Assembly (NCBI GenBank): GCA_030390025.1
Contig: CM059443.1
Location: 67,208,001-67,272,000 of the forward strand
Direction: 5' to 3'
DNA length: 64,000 bases
Source of the DNA: Squalus acanthias
Lineage: Eukaryota
In this document: positions 1 through 12,831 of the stretch, piece by piece
How the letters are laid out: each line of letters opens with the position of its first letter
Position numbering within the stretch: position 1 is the first letter of the stretch
Notes under the pieces: model-generated
What the model was told of the DNA's origin: nothing
What the model saw: the letters and a program-made list of their open reading frames with translations, nothing else
The model's database searches: none
Translations under genes and position numbers: made by a program

Positions 1-261
1 ATTAGTAATATAAACATTGCAACTTAATTTTGTTCTGGTGGCTTGGAGATCCACTGTTTTGTGGATTTTAGGGGCGTCCATCGGATTTGGCAGCTTCTTT
101 TCTGCCCGACATTGGATTGAGATGGTGCTAGGTGGACCATAAGACCAGCGCCAGATCATCTGAAACAAGCACCAATATATAAAAGTGCCCTGTAACACTC
201 GGGTAGCTAGGTTATCTTAGAAGCTTGTTAAAAGCATATGTCATTTGTCACCAGAAAAAAG

Positions 262-478
262 TGACCAGAAAGGTCCCAGGTTCAATTCTCAATTGTCGCT
301 GAGTTAGCTGACCTCTCTCAGTTGGGCCAGTGGTACCAGCACTACAATAAGCCTCAGTGCCACTGGGCTATGGAGAGAAGTATCAGCCAGGACTGCTGCT
401 CCTGATAGTATCCAGCAACCCCTGTTGGAATGTATGCATGTGTGGCCTGAGGGTGGGGATAACATTGGGCTTAGGTGA
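262..478 (+). mobile_element. Decayed tRNA-headed SINE (family B), partial
   Basis: B-box-like GGTTCAATTC followed by GCTGAGTTAGCTGA...CAGCCAGG...CTCCTGAT. Reverse-complement relatives lie at about 10870-11170 and 16480-16770. Confidence 0.5.
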
Positions 479-1787
479 CAAGTGAAACTTTTACATTTGA
501 AATTTTGTCTTGCTTGTTTATTTTGTAATATGAGTGGGGATGATCAATCTCTTCTATTTTTTTTATATCTGAGAGAACATAAAAACAAAAATAACAGAGA
601 ATGTGTTAATTTAAAGGAGGGAAAACCTGGAAGGACTGTACCACTATTCGACTGGGATGGGGATTTCCAGAAAATAAGTCTTGAATTTAGAGATAGTAGC
701 AGTTTGTTAGTTATTGCCGAGATATGTGGTGAAAAAGGAAAGATGCAAGTTAGTCTAATATCTTCTTGTTTTGGGCTTTTGTTTCTGACTATATATGCCC
801 AACGCTAGCCTAATGAAGGAGTCTGTTTATTCAATCGTAGATAAGAGCTGAAATGATTATCTCTCAGAAAGGTATAATATTTGTATTAATTTTGTTTGTA
901 ATATTATATTTTGTACCTCTGGCTATGCAGGGAACATGAAATGAATTGTCAGGTAGATTATTTAATATGTGTGACTTTTGATCTGTTGGGAAAACACCAA
1001 CCCCTCCAACACACTATTCAACAACTGTAGTGTGGTAACTCAATGATAAGTCAACGTGCCTAGCCCCCATTAGTTGTGCTAACATCCATTGTCCATTGGG
1101 CTGCTGGCACTTGCTGACGAAGCTCACGCATGAAGGTAATAGACACTTGGGCAAGGTACTGAAGTGTGGCTGGAGTCTCTCCTTTGCAATTTGGATGTGT
1201 GGAATGTAAATCAGACCTTGTTTGGGACATTATTCAGCTCTAGCCACTGGAGGGCAGCAGCTTATCATACGTGTCGTTTGGTGTGCTCAGCAACACTTTT
1301 GTCTGATTGATGAGAATTGGCACTTGCATGAGTGTACAGAGGGGATGCATTTCACATTGGTGTGTCTGACTATTACTCTGTTACTATTTGGTAAAACTCC
1401 AGTTTTCATTACTGATCTCCAAAGGGACATTTCTTGCCATGTGTTCAGATTGTTACTCATCCTAGTTGTACACTCCAGTTTTCCCCTGGAAGGAAGAGAA
1501 AGATGGAACAAAGCATACATAGACTGCTGGCAGTCATTTAAATATATTTCTGCACCAGCACTTTTTTTTTTAATAAGATGAAAAGAGGAAAAATATATCA
1601 TGTTTCTACTGAGTCTTTCTGTCCTAATTCTTAATAGCTGTTGCATTTCCCACTATTTTCCCCTTGCACAGGGCCTCTTTGCTTTGCTCCTGTCCTGACC
1701 AGGCCTGCAGACTGACAATGCCCTCTAGTGACAACCCCTCACAATTATTTCCCCTCACACCTGGGCTCTGAGTTTTCATGACAGTTA

Positions 1788-2667
1788 GGGGGAAAAATTC
1801 GGTTGATTAGCGCCTCCCGTTACCGCCCTAAGAGGGCGCTAATGGGGCGCAAAGCAACTAGCGCCCGGGCGCGGCGATGTTTGCACCGCTCGCGAAATTG
1901 ACCAGACATTTTGCAGCAGCGCTAAACACTACCGCCACGATCTCCTGCGCCTGCAGATCGTGACGTCAGTCAAGCGTGCAACGCCCCGGTCCGGATATTG
2001 AGTGGCGCCCCCTGCCTTTCCGCCTGCCGCTAGCAACGACAGGTAGAAGGGAACGTTTTGCAGTCGGGAAGGGACTGGGGGAGCGCTATTTAAAGGTGGC
2101 AGCTTCCTGCCTTTTTTTGTTGGCGACATTTTTGCACCACGCATTCTGAGGGAGAGAGAGGGACTTCTGGAGAGATTCAACGCTGTGTGAAGGAGTTTTG
2201 GGTACTGAGCAGCACTTTGCAGGTTCATTTTGATTTGAACTTCCTTGTATCGATTTAGAAGAGATTATGGGGGCTGCACTCTGAGCTCTTTCCCTGGGAC
2301 TCTCCATTGTTCTTTCCAGCAGAATTGATGTACAGGTCTCTCCAGGCCGAGATTCAAGGCTGCAATGAGCAGGGTGTGGCTGGAGAGCAAGATCGACCCT
2401 CCCCTTTAAGAACTGGCCGGCGCCAGTGTGTCTGTGTTCCATTGCTAACTGATATCACATGAGCTTCGCCAGCGCTCTGAGGTAGCGCCTCGCTCCTCGG
2501 CGTTAGCGCCTTAAGAGAGGTGTGTAGCGCCTGATTTAGCGCTCAAATCACCTTCAGGGGCGATAGAAGCCAAGTTTGCAATCGGAGGTGATAATTAGCG
2601 CCAGGCGCTAAACTTTGCGCCCAGCCGATAATTGCGCCCCAAACGGGCGATACCGAATTTCTCCCCC
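1788..2667. mobile_element. PIF/Harbinger-type non-autonomous DNA transposon (MITE), 880 bp
   Basis: Terminal inverted repeats GGGGGAAAAATTCGGT ... ACCGAATTTCTCCCCC. TTA target-site duplication at 1785-1787 and 2668-2670. CpG-rich subterminal TAGCGCC/GGCGCTA repeats. Confidence 0.85.
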
Positions 2668-2670
2668 TTA

Positions 2671-2888
2671 GAATCTAGAATCTTACAGCACGGAAGGAGG
2701 TCATTCGGCCCATCGTGCCTGTGCTGGCTCTTTGAAAGAGCTGTCCAATTTAGTTCACTTACACAGCTTTTTCCCCATAACCATACAAATTAGTCCTCTT
2801 CAAGTACATGTCCAATTGCCTTTTGAAAGTTCCTATGGCTTCTGATTCCACCACCCTTTCAGGCAGTGTGTTCCAAATCTTAACAACC
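2671..2888 (-). mobile_element. CR1 LINE 3' fragment
   Basis: Reverse complement of the CR1 3' end (GGGCCGAATG...CTGTAAGATTCTAGATTC tail), matching other CR1 ends in the window. Confidence 0.8.
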
Positions 2889-4154
2889 GTAACAAGTTCT
2901 ACTCAGAGCCCTTGCCCCTGCAGCAGAGAAAGATTAAGTGAGGTTATATCCTAAAGTTTATATTCATTTTATTTTTGGGTGAATTACTTTTGTGCTTACA
3001 AGGGATGTTAATGCTTGGGAATGGCTCACTTTCCCATTTCGCCCATTGTCACTACCAAGCACACACATTAGATGTAGCACAGCCAGCCTCGAGATAAAGC
3101 TCCCTCAACTCCATCTTAACAATGTCCGGGAACCCCAACTTTTCCCCCACCCCCAACTAAACCAGCGTGATATTTCCGTTTGCCACAACAGCCATGCTAG
3201 TGACAAATTTATTGCCAAATGAGGGTCAGTTTGGTGTTGCGGGCTCAGCCACGAGGAATTGTGCGGAGATTGTCCACGCACATTTAATGTAGGGCCCTTC
3301 CAACCAGAAGAGGGAGAAAACCTTCATCTCATCAGTCTGGGCTGGATGTGGATCCAAGTCACAGAGGTGATAAATCTCCAAGTTATTGCACCTGTGATAT
3401 AACTGGGTTTAGAGGTTGTGCAGGTGCTCAAAACTCTCATTTGCAACATTAAGATTCTGGCCTGTATGGATCGTGCCCCCACTGTCAGGGGAAATATGCA
3501 CGCAGGGCAGGAAGGTACAAATCGCACTGCTGCCTGCACAAGTTGGCCCATCTGGAGCCGGAAGAATGGCAGTCAGCAGCATCAAGCGCTATTGCCAGTG
3601 CCTGCTTATGTTTGCTGCTACTGGCACGTTGCTTCCAGAGGTCCTGTGGGTCTCGTTACCTCTGGAATTCACTAGTGTTGCCTGGCTTACATTACAGCTC
3701 TGCCTTCAAAAGGTGGTCTGCTTCTGAAGACAGGGCTCTAATATAATTCGAGTCTTTGACTCACCTATTTTGTGCAAGTTAGTGTGCCCATGAGTCATCT
3801 TCACAACTTAAGTGGCACTGCTAGATGATGCTGTATCTTCTGGTGACCACTGATGAGTTGTTAGAAAAACTTAGGTAACTCTCACATCTCTGGATTTGAT
3901 AACTTATTTCAGTGGTTTTTTAAAAAACCAACAGGTTGTTTTTTTCATAAAAGATTGTCACTTTTAAGAAGTGGGGCCTGTACATGCAATGGAAATTGAC
4001 CTGCTTATTAGTGCTTTGATGTTAATGCTGCTTTAGTTTGGATTGTGGGAAAATGGTGGCCATGTGTTGCCTTCCCATGTGTACATTGCTAAAACTCCCT
4101 TCCTTAGTCCGAGGAAAGTTAAATATTCCTTCTGGAGACTTACCCGCAGCAATT

Positions 4155-4490
4155 TATTGCCTTCTCGTCGGCCTGCTCCTGGGCCTGGCTAAACAGCAAT
4201 TTACAGGGCTAAGATGAGCGGAGCCCATGGGGGTTACTCCAGTTGCCTGCTTCTCTTCTGTGGCACTGTCCATGGCCGGGTGGCCTTGGAGAGAGATGCT
4301 CGAGGCCTTCCACGACCGGTGGGCACCACGGGGCGTAGAGTGTCTCCTAGAGTCTGATAGATAATATGATTTAATCATTGAATTGTGTTTAGTTTTATCT
4401 GTTGCTTTATTAGAATTGGACGTTTGTTTATTTTATTAGTGGTGCCCTAGGGCACTTGTTACAATGATTTTATGTATTTTTTTGTTCGGC
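4155..4490 (+). mobile_element. Tx1/L1-clade LINE 3' end, decayed
   Basis: Translates LLVGLLLGLAK...ARVALER..LEAFHDRWAPRGVEC (with frameshifts), followed by a T-rich 3' UTR. Resembles the C-terminus of fish Tx1-type ORF2, from recall. Confidence 0.6.
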
Positions 4491-5247
4491 AACACTGAGG
4501 AAACGCAGTGTCACCCCTGTTGGTTTAATTAAAACAAGCCCAGCAATTTATTTGATCTTTACTTGGACTTGGACCTTATCAGCAACCACCAAAGAATGCC
4601 CCATCTACCACCTTGGGTTCCACTGGCACCTTTCAGCTTCCTGTACATCCACTGCTGCTGTTACCTACGATAGTTCTATAGCTGTCGTTCCAGTGCTCGA
4701 CCACAGCAATTTTGAAGTCCTTCTGTCCTCCCGACCTAGTTGCCCAACACCAACTATATACGAGGATCTTGGGCCTCGCTCTACATGGGCCTTCTCTCCC
4801 TCCGCGCTTGGATTTCAGCCCACGCTGCTTTGATTAGTTGCCGAATTGGAACAGCTTCTCCCTTGTCGCCTCTTGATCAAGCTGCTGCTCCGGGTTTCTG
4901 ACTGGGAGTCACTGCTTTCTGGTATCTGCTGTTCCTCTACTTACTTTTCTATCCTCTTGCCGCTTTCCTAGATCTGCTTACGACTGGGTATGCTCCAGCT
5001 ACCGACTCCACACACTCCCTACTTGTTGCCTCGAGGACCACTGCTCCAACCTCAAATGCTCCTCTCTAGCGCCAGTTTCCAATGAGTTGTTCTACTGTTT
5101 TCCATTTGCTCTATTGGATCCTGTGCTCGGTTTCTTGCTCCACTGACTCCTGGTTTCCTGGGCTCCATTCTTACTTGTCTGCTGGTTCCCGTGTTTAAAC
5201 TCCACTTGCTTCTGGTCCATACTCTGCTCCTCCAACATCTCCTGGAT

Positions 5248-5678
5248 CATAAAAATTTACAGAAGGAGGTCATTCGGCCTATCGTATCCAGCCTAATCCC
5301 ACTTTCCAGCTCTTGGTCCGTAGCCTTGTAGGTTACGGCACTTCAAGTGCATATCCAAGTACTTTTTAAATTTGATGAGGGTTTCTGCCTCTACCACCCT
5401 TTCAGGCAGTGAGTTCCAGACCTCCACCACCCTTTGGGTGAAAAAACTTCTCAACTCCCCTCTAATCCTTCTACCAATTACTTTAAATCTATGCCCCCTG
5501 GTTATTAACCTCTCTGCAATGGGAAATAGGTCCTTCCTATCCACTCTAGCTGGGCCCCTCATAATTTTAAACACCTCAATCAAGTCTCCCCTCAGCCTCC
5601 TCTGTTCCAACAAAAATAACCCCAGCCTATCCACTCTTTCCTCATAGCTAAAATTCTCCAGTCATGGCAACATCCTAA
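5248..5678 (-). mobile_element. CR1 LINE 3' fragment
   Basis: ORF 5293..5634 ([22 protein letters not shown]...FFTQRVVEVWNSLP) is the CR1 ORF2 C-terminus. Confidence 0.9.
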
Positions 5679-5874
5679 TTTGCCACTCCCTCTATAGCTC
5701 CTGAACCAGACTTCACTCCTCCACTGGATCCTGGCTAGGTCTTTGCCCGACATTGGCTCCAAGCTGAACAACCATCCTTTTGCTGGCATCCGTAGAACTG
5801 GACTTCATGCTACCCTCATCTCCCCCTTCAAGACAGACCCTCAGATATAGGACTGGTTTATAATGAACAAGGCG

Positions 5875-5881
5875 TGAGCCT

Positions 5882-5922
<41 letters not shown>

Positions 5923-6188
5923 GTGGGTTCAAGACCTACTCCAGAGACTTGAGCACATAATCCAGGCTCACACTTCAGTGCAGTACTGAGGGAGTGCTGC
6001 ACCGTCAGAGGTGCTGTCTTTTGAATAAGACATTAAACCGAGGCCTCATCTGCCCTTTCAGGTTTTTGATCAAACTTTAAGTCATCTCCTATTTCTCCCA
6101 TCATGGATTGGTGTCTTTTTCCCCTCTGTAAAATGCCTCTGGACGTTTTCTACATTAAAGTGCTATATAAATGCAACTTGTAGTTGTC
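5875..6188 (+). mobile_element. tRNA-derived Deu-domain SINE (SacSINE1-like) head joined to an L2-type 3' tail
   Basis: A/B-box head TGGCTCAGTGGG...GGTTCAAG, then CAGTACTGAGGGAGTGCTGCA...TTAAACCGAGGCC, ending GCTATATAAATGCAA. Confidence 0.75.
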
Positions 6189-6849
6189 GACAGTGGGCCA
6201 ATGGGTTCCATTGTTGGGCTATGGGAGCTGGTTTTAACAACGTAAATGTAAGGAGCTGGCACAGGATGCCATTCTTCAATGATCTAAACAAAACAAGCGG
6301 CAATATAAAGGCTCCTTATAGAGAAAGAGTCTAAGCAGCTGGAACATGGAGAAACAATTACACTCATTCCAATTTCTGGTGCGCTGGTAGCAAACATTTA
6401 CTGCTGTGTTAAATCGAACTCCAGAAACAAGAAATAGCTGTACCCCAACTACGATAAAATGCCATTTTCTGCTCAAAGGTAACTGAGTGATCAAATTACC
6501 AACCGTTCGAATACCAAACTCTAAAATGTTTGATGTGTGAGCTGGATCACAAGAACTATTTGTTTTCTGGATTACAGTTACAGGGTGTGCTTTAGGTAAT
6601 TAAAGGTTTGCATTCTTCATTGGTTGGGGCAATTAAGCGCAGGAGTACTAGAAAATGGGTAGATTTTGAATCCCAACAACAACTGTTGTTGGTGTTGAAT
6701 CCTAACAGGGAATGAATTGAGATTCTGAAGGGCTTTTAATGTTTTCAGCTATTCCTGAACTGTGTGTCACTAGGCAATTTTATAAACCAATATAAAGTTG
6801 ATGACTCCTGCAGACTCTACACTGGAGACCCATACTTTTGTGAGTCCTG

Positions 6850-7026
6850 CAAACAGAATCCATAATAGTTTTAAAAGGGGAGTGGGTAAAGATTTGCAAT
6901 AACATTTTCAAAGGGATATGGGGAAAAGGCAGGCGATTGGACCAAGTGTATCGCTCTTTCAGAAAGCCAGAATGGAGGCGATTGGCCAAATGGCGTCCTT
7001 CTGTGCTGTAAAATTCTATAATTCTG
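6850..7026 (+). mobile_element. CR1 LINE 3' fragment
   Basis: AAGGGATATGGGGAAAAGGCAGG...TTCTGTGCTGTAAAATTCTAT tail. Confidence 0.7.
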
Positions 7027-7246
7027 TATCCTTAATCTCTGCTTTCTTTGTCTGTCACCTTTTGCGTCCCTGTTTTCTTTTTCTTTCTCTCTTTTTTTCT
7101 TCATTGTCTTTGTTTCTTTTCTCCTTTGTTCTGTGTCTTTAGGGGGGCAATTTCTGAACATGTCGATGTAAATTACTTTCGAGAGTAGTTCAGCAGTAAA
7201 TGTCTTGGGTTATTGCCCAGCCAGCAACACGGCAAATTTTCATATA

Positions 7247-7660
7247 CAACAACAACTTGCATTTATATAGCGCCTTTAACATAGTAAAATGTCCCAAGAT
7301 GCTTCACAGGAGCGTTATCAAACAAAATTTGACACAGAGCCACATGAAGAGGTAGGTTTTAAGGAGCGTCTTAAAGGAGGAGAGATAGGTGGAGAGGCGG
7401 AGAGATTTAGGGAACAAATTCCAGAGTTTAGGGCCCAGGCAGTTGAAAGCACAGCTGCCAACAAGAGGCCAGAATTGGAGGAGCGCAGAGATCTCGGAGG
7501 GTTGTAGGGCTGCAGGAGGTTACAGAGTTAGGGAGGGGGCGAGGCCATGAAGGGATTTGAAAACAAGGATGAGAATTTTAAAGCTGAGGCGTTGCCGGAC
7601 CGGAAGCCAATGTAGGTCAGCGAGCACAGGGACTTAGTATGAGTTAGGATACGGCCAGCA
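7247..7660 (-). mobile_element. L2 LINE 3' fragment
   Basis: Reverse complement of the 3' end of the L2 at 35760-36210, including the (GTT)n tail. Confidence 0.85.
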
Positions 7661-10306
7661 TTTTATCTTACCATTTAATCAAAATTATGACGCCCAACTA
7701 GAAGTTAGTTAGAGTAATTAAAATCTAAAATCTCAACAGCAACAAAGAGCCACATTTTGAATCTTAATGAATGTGACATCATAATTTGGTGGTGGTAAAG
7801 ATTACAAAATGGATGCAAAAACGAAACTGAAATACCAATCATGTTTTATGGAGGTAGGCTGTTTTACTTAGTCAAAGAATTACTGAAATTCATGGATACT
7901 TTTTTGTCCACTAACCCACAGAAGGGCAAACATATAAACATATCCATAGACTTATATCTAAGGAAGTTAACAGTTTCCAAATTTCCACAAATGTAATAGG
8001 ATTATACAAACATACCAAACACCTCAGTAGATTACAATAAAAAAAACAGTTCAATCCCCAACACAGAACCCCTGAACTGTAAAAAACATATTTATGTTAC
8101 CTGAATTCAAGGAAAAAAGTCCTTCACTACAGTCTCAGCAATCTAGTAAGTGTAAAATGTAGTTTGTTCCCCAAAAGAATCTCCCCATAAAGGAAAAATA
8201 GTTTAAAAGCAAGGCTCATAACATTGTCCTGTCAATAGCAGTTTGAAAAGACATTAATTGACATCAATAAAGTCACAGGATTTTGAGCTGTATAAATTAT
8301 TTCTCAATCTGGTGTCTGCAGCAGTCCTGTGTTTCCTATGCATGTGGTATCCAAAATATTTAATGACACAATGTCCTTTGTGCCTCCTCACATCAATCAT
8401 TGTCAACCCTCTCTGCTGAAGTGATTCTTGAGACTATTGGCATCTCAGATAAGGGCAGCAATGGGGCACAGGAGGACATGAAATTCTTGGGTGAGAGGAC
8501 ACTCAAGGAACTGGGTCTTTCCTGTGCCATTGAGCTGCAGGAAGAGTCAGCACTCATTTTGAGCTTTCTCTGTGCTACAACAGACAAGCCAGAGGTTCTG
8601 CAACAAGACTAGGGGACAGAAAGGACAAATGCTGGCACTTCTACAGTCTATCAACATCCTAAATCAGGCAAGAAGGCAAGCACCTGCTTAATCAGGACAC
8701 TGACAATGTCAGTGCTAGTGTGGTGTGTCATTTGGTGAGACCCAGATTCACACTGATGTGGTCAAATTTAATAATTATGTAATTTGGCTGAACATGGTTG
8801 ATGGAATAGCTTGATTCTTCGATCATCACACCGGTGCTTAGCCAGCAATGATCCTCCATGTTAATTCAATATATTGCCTATCAGAGCTCTACTTAGAACC
8901 TTGAAAGCCTTCCTACAGGGCCATCCAGTTCAACTACGGCTGCGAAGGCCCCAGTCAGTTTACTAAGGATTTAGTCTTGGGCTCCCAGCTGTCAGTATTT
9001 TAGTAACACAGTTTTAGTATGATTTATGACTAAAATTATTATATTAATTGGCAGAATAATATTTTTCCTATGTTTTACTGTGGCACATATCACTGCTGCA
9101 GTGAATTGAATTATTGTTGTGTTGTGGACATTGCACAAACATACTTGTGATTTTTTTAAAGTGCTACATGATGCTTTACATATTCTGTCTGACAAAGATA
9201 ACCAGGCTGCTATGTATATAAATTTTAGAACGCAAGCTGATATTTCATTTACTTGAAGTATTTTTCCAGTTGTTGAAGTAAAAGTTTGTTTGGTTTTTTT
9301 GCACTTCAGTCTCCAGCATTTGCTTCCTCCCCTCACACAGCAGTTCTTCAATCTCCGCAGCAGTTCACATGTAAACTGTGCTTTTCCATGGGTTAGATGG
9401 TCACGCTTCTGGAGCGTTCAGTCACATGTGATGCTCTTTTATCCTATGGGTGCTACTATCATTCGTGTTTTCATATAGACGGTGTTTTGACTTGGGCCAG
9501 TTGCATAAGATTAATTATTTCTTCCATGCCAATGTTGTCTTTGGATCCATATCCAATAAAGCCATTCAGAATAATGTGGTACAAAAGGGTTTCATTACAC
9601 ATATTGCACTGCACACTAATGTGGATGCAACAGATCAGAATTCATGCACGATGACTCCATGTCATTCATACTGAGTGACATACTCTGAAAAATCTTAAAA
9701 GTAAACTTCAATCATCTGACTGATTTCTGATGGTGTAGAATAAGGGTTTGGTCCATGTGTGACTTAGAACTCCCACAGAATATGCCCAGTAACTACTCAA
9801 AGTGCAGCGTATAAATAATTGGCTAAATTGATATTTCTAGCCCACCGGCATAAAAGAATTAACGTCATATTAATGCAATGTTAGAAATTGCAAACCAGCT
9901 TTATTACCACCCAAAGGCAACTTAACCCTAGACTACAATTTGCTGCATGACAGTACGTGGCTGTATAAATTACAGGCAGAAAAGTCACCCGGGCTCCTTT
10001 ATTACAGAACAAGTGGAATGGCTCTGTGTGTGCTGGGTCCAGGTGCATTGGAATTTGTCTTATTTACAATGCAGGTGGATTTCAGAGCATTCAAGGCAAC
10101 ACAAAAACAACTTTGTATGTGCAATTGTTTAGAAGTCACAATTGCGACTTTCATTCCATGGCCATGGATCTTTTCCGCTAGCTGGAGAGGGTCTGCACGA
10201 GACTGCAGTGTGATGTCCTGTATGGGCAGGATGAGCGCTAAGACCACCTGAGGCTAGAAAACTGACGGCCTGTTTTGTCCTCCCAGCAACTGAAATTTTC
10301 TCACAC

Positions 10307-10850
10307 CTTGAGTATTGTGTGCAGTTTTGGTCGCCTTATCTGAGGAAGGATGTTCTTGCCATGGAGGGAGTGTAGCGAAGATTCACCAGACTGATACCTG
10401 GGATGGCAGGAATGACGTATGAAGAGAGATTGGGTCGATTAGGCTTATATTCGCTAGAGTTTAGAAGAATGAGAGGGGATCTCATTGAAACTTATAAAAT
10501 TCTAACAGGACTAGACAGACTAGATGCAGGAAGGCTGTTCCCGATGGCGGGGGAGTCCAGAACCAGGGGTCACAGTCTAAGGATAAGGACTGAGATGAGG
10601 AGGAATTTCTTCACCCAGAGAGTGGTGAACCTGTGGAATTCTCTGCCACAGAAGGCAGTTGAGGCCAATTCATTAAATATATTCAAGAAGGTGTTAGATA
10701 CATTTCTTAAGGCTAAGGGGATCAAGGGATATGGGGAGAAAGCAGGGACAGGGTACTGAATTTGGATGATCAGCCATGATCGCATTGAATGGCGGAGCAG
10801 GCTCAAGGGGCCGAATGGCCTACTCCTGCTCCTATCTTCTATGTTTCTAT
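10307..10850 (+). mobile_element. CR1 LINE 3' fragment
   Basis: ORF 10403..10759 (YEERLGRLGLYSLEFRRMRGDLIETYKIL...), ending in a TTCTATGTTTCTAT tail. Confidence 0.9.
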
Positions 10851-10869
10851 CCTTTTCTCTTCAAAGTAC

Positions 10870-11170
10870 TGATTTTAACTGGGGCACTCGCCCAAATGAC
10901 CATTCTTTATGGTGAGCTGAGATAGTAAATATCAGCAAGCCATTGAACTCAGTGGGGCCATCCCAGCAGAGTCCAGTCTTGTCCTCTTTCCTCACCACAC
11001 ATGAATACTTCCAGCAGAGGCCATTGGATGGTGAGTTTTCTTGCCCCTCTGAAGCTCAAGGGCACAGAAGCCCAATGTAACAGGATTACTGATTCAGAGA
11101 GCAGCTAACTCAGAGAGCAGCAATAGATTCTGGAATCTTCTTGGCCAGTCTGGATCAGCACTCCACCCCA
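10870..11170 (-). mobile_element. Decayed SINE (family B)
   Basis: Contains CAGCTAACTCAG, the reverse complement of the motif at about 300, plus other collinear blocks. Confidence 0.45.
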
Positions 11171-11244
11171 CTAAGATATTGGAGCTTCAATTTTTCTGTT
11201 CCTGTAACAACTTTTTTATTGAAAATTGTATGAAACTTGAATAA

Positions 11245-11362
11245 AAGAAAAAGAAACTTGCAGTGAGATAGCACCTTTCACAACCTCCGGACGTCCCAAA
11301 GGGCTTCACAGACAATGAAGTCCTTTTGAAATGCAGTCACTGTTGTAATATGAAAAATATGT
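11245..11362 (-). mobile_element. Deu-SINE 3' tail fragment
   Basis: AAAGAAACTTGCA...CACCTTTCACAACCTCCGGACGTCCCAAAG...GAAATGCAGTCACTGTTGTAAT. Confidence 0.7.
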
Positions 11363-12831
11363 TGCTATCGCGTTAATAACCTCCTGTATACAAGGTGTTG
11401 TCTGTATTAGCAGTATAATCTCCACAGGATCTTGAAGGGACCTCATGTAAAAACAGGGCTGCTGTGATTCACAACCATAGGAAGTGGGGTGGAACTTACA
11501 GAAGTAATGCCCATATTCTGAGCAATCAAACAGCATATACCTGCTTAACATAAACCTCCTCAAACATTGCTCCTCAAATACCCTCGATACTTTATCCATG
11601 CCCTCTAAATCTTAATTTAAACCTCTTCACATACTGCTCCTTAGATAAGCCAAATCCTCCATGCTCAGACCTATTGCACCTTACTCCAGTAAGGCGGATG
11701 TTTGCAGCAAGCCCAGTCAAAGCCATTTTCCAAAATGGAAAGATAAGTGGCGATTCTGTGGAGTATGCAAGCCAGCATTGAGTGGAAGCCTGTAGTCGTG
11801 TTGGAAAATGTGTTCTGCCCACATTTGAATGGACACATCCCATTCAGTGGCAAAAATTGGTGGCTTTGGAGACTGTGTGGAAAACAGTTTCTGCTCATGT
11901 AAACATAGGGTGGAATTTCTTTTCCCATCAAAAATTTTAATCTTCTAGCTGGTAGAATTAAGGTGAAAATTTACCAAAAGCTGGAAATTAAGTGCGAGAG
12001 TGGCAGAACTGTAAGTGTGCTGAAATGAGAGAGAAACTGAAAGTACCATGGCTGAGATATACGGAGTACAAAACTGTGAGAGAGACTGAGTGTGAGGTAA
12101 GATAGGAAATGTGCGTGTAAAGCAGAGTATCAGCAGGAACGCGTGTGACAGTGAGTATATCAGAGAATGAGAATAAAACAGACCGAAAGTGTACAAAGAG
12201 TTAGAGAGATGTGGAGGCAGTAAATCAGTGAGACAGAGTATGGGCGAGAGAAAGTGAGACTGAGTGAGTCAGTGAGACAATAAGAAACAGTGCGAGTGTG
12301 TGACACTGGAAGATGTTGAGTGTTCCAGAACTTCAGAAAGATGGAAATGCAGTAGTTCCAAGAAGCTCAGTTTCCTCTTTCATGCCAAACAACTCATTTT
12401 CCCATAACAACTTATAATTTGAGAAAGTCCAAGTCTTTCCCCATTTGTTTCCAGTTCATTTTGTTTCTCTCCTTTTCTTTCTTGTCCCTCACTTTTCCTC
12501 TCTTTCTCCAGTTACTCTTGTCCCCTTTCTTACTCCTTTTTGCCTCTTTCTTTCCCCCATTTGTGCTTCCCACAGTTTTGGAGCCAGTGCTTGGGGAAGG
12601 TGAGGGAGTCGCAGTGACCTCTCCATCAGCCAGGAGCAAGCAGCATTGGGACACTGGGCAGTGTTTCTTTGGGGACTGCCTCGCCCACCCTGGCTGGCAG
12701 ATTCTCCTCCAGTCCGAGTGTGAACAAGGCGGGCGGAGGGTGGGAGTGAATGAGAAAGTGGAAAGGTGACAGTGAGAAATACCAGAGGCTGCGTGAGGGA
12801 GCTTGCAAACAATCAGCAGACAAGAGAGGAA

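Noticed and set aside
4509-5869. Possible solo LTR (TGT...ACA) interrupted by a CR1
   Set aside because: No target-site duplication and no clear LTR signals; left unassigned as pyrimidine-skewed sequence.
5880-5945. tRNA gene
   Set aside because: The A/B boxes run directly into SINE body sequence, so this is a tRNA-derived SINE head rather than a tRNA.
10140-10200. DPLQLAEKIHGHGMKVAI resembling ribulose-phosphate 3-epimerase
   Set aside because: The resemblance is short and lacks the flanking catalytic H-x-E and KPGT motifs, so it is probably chance.
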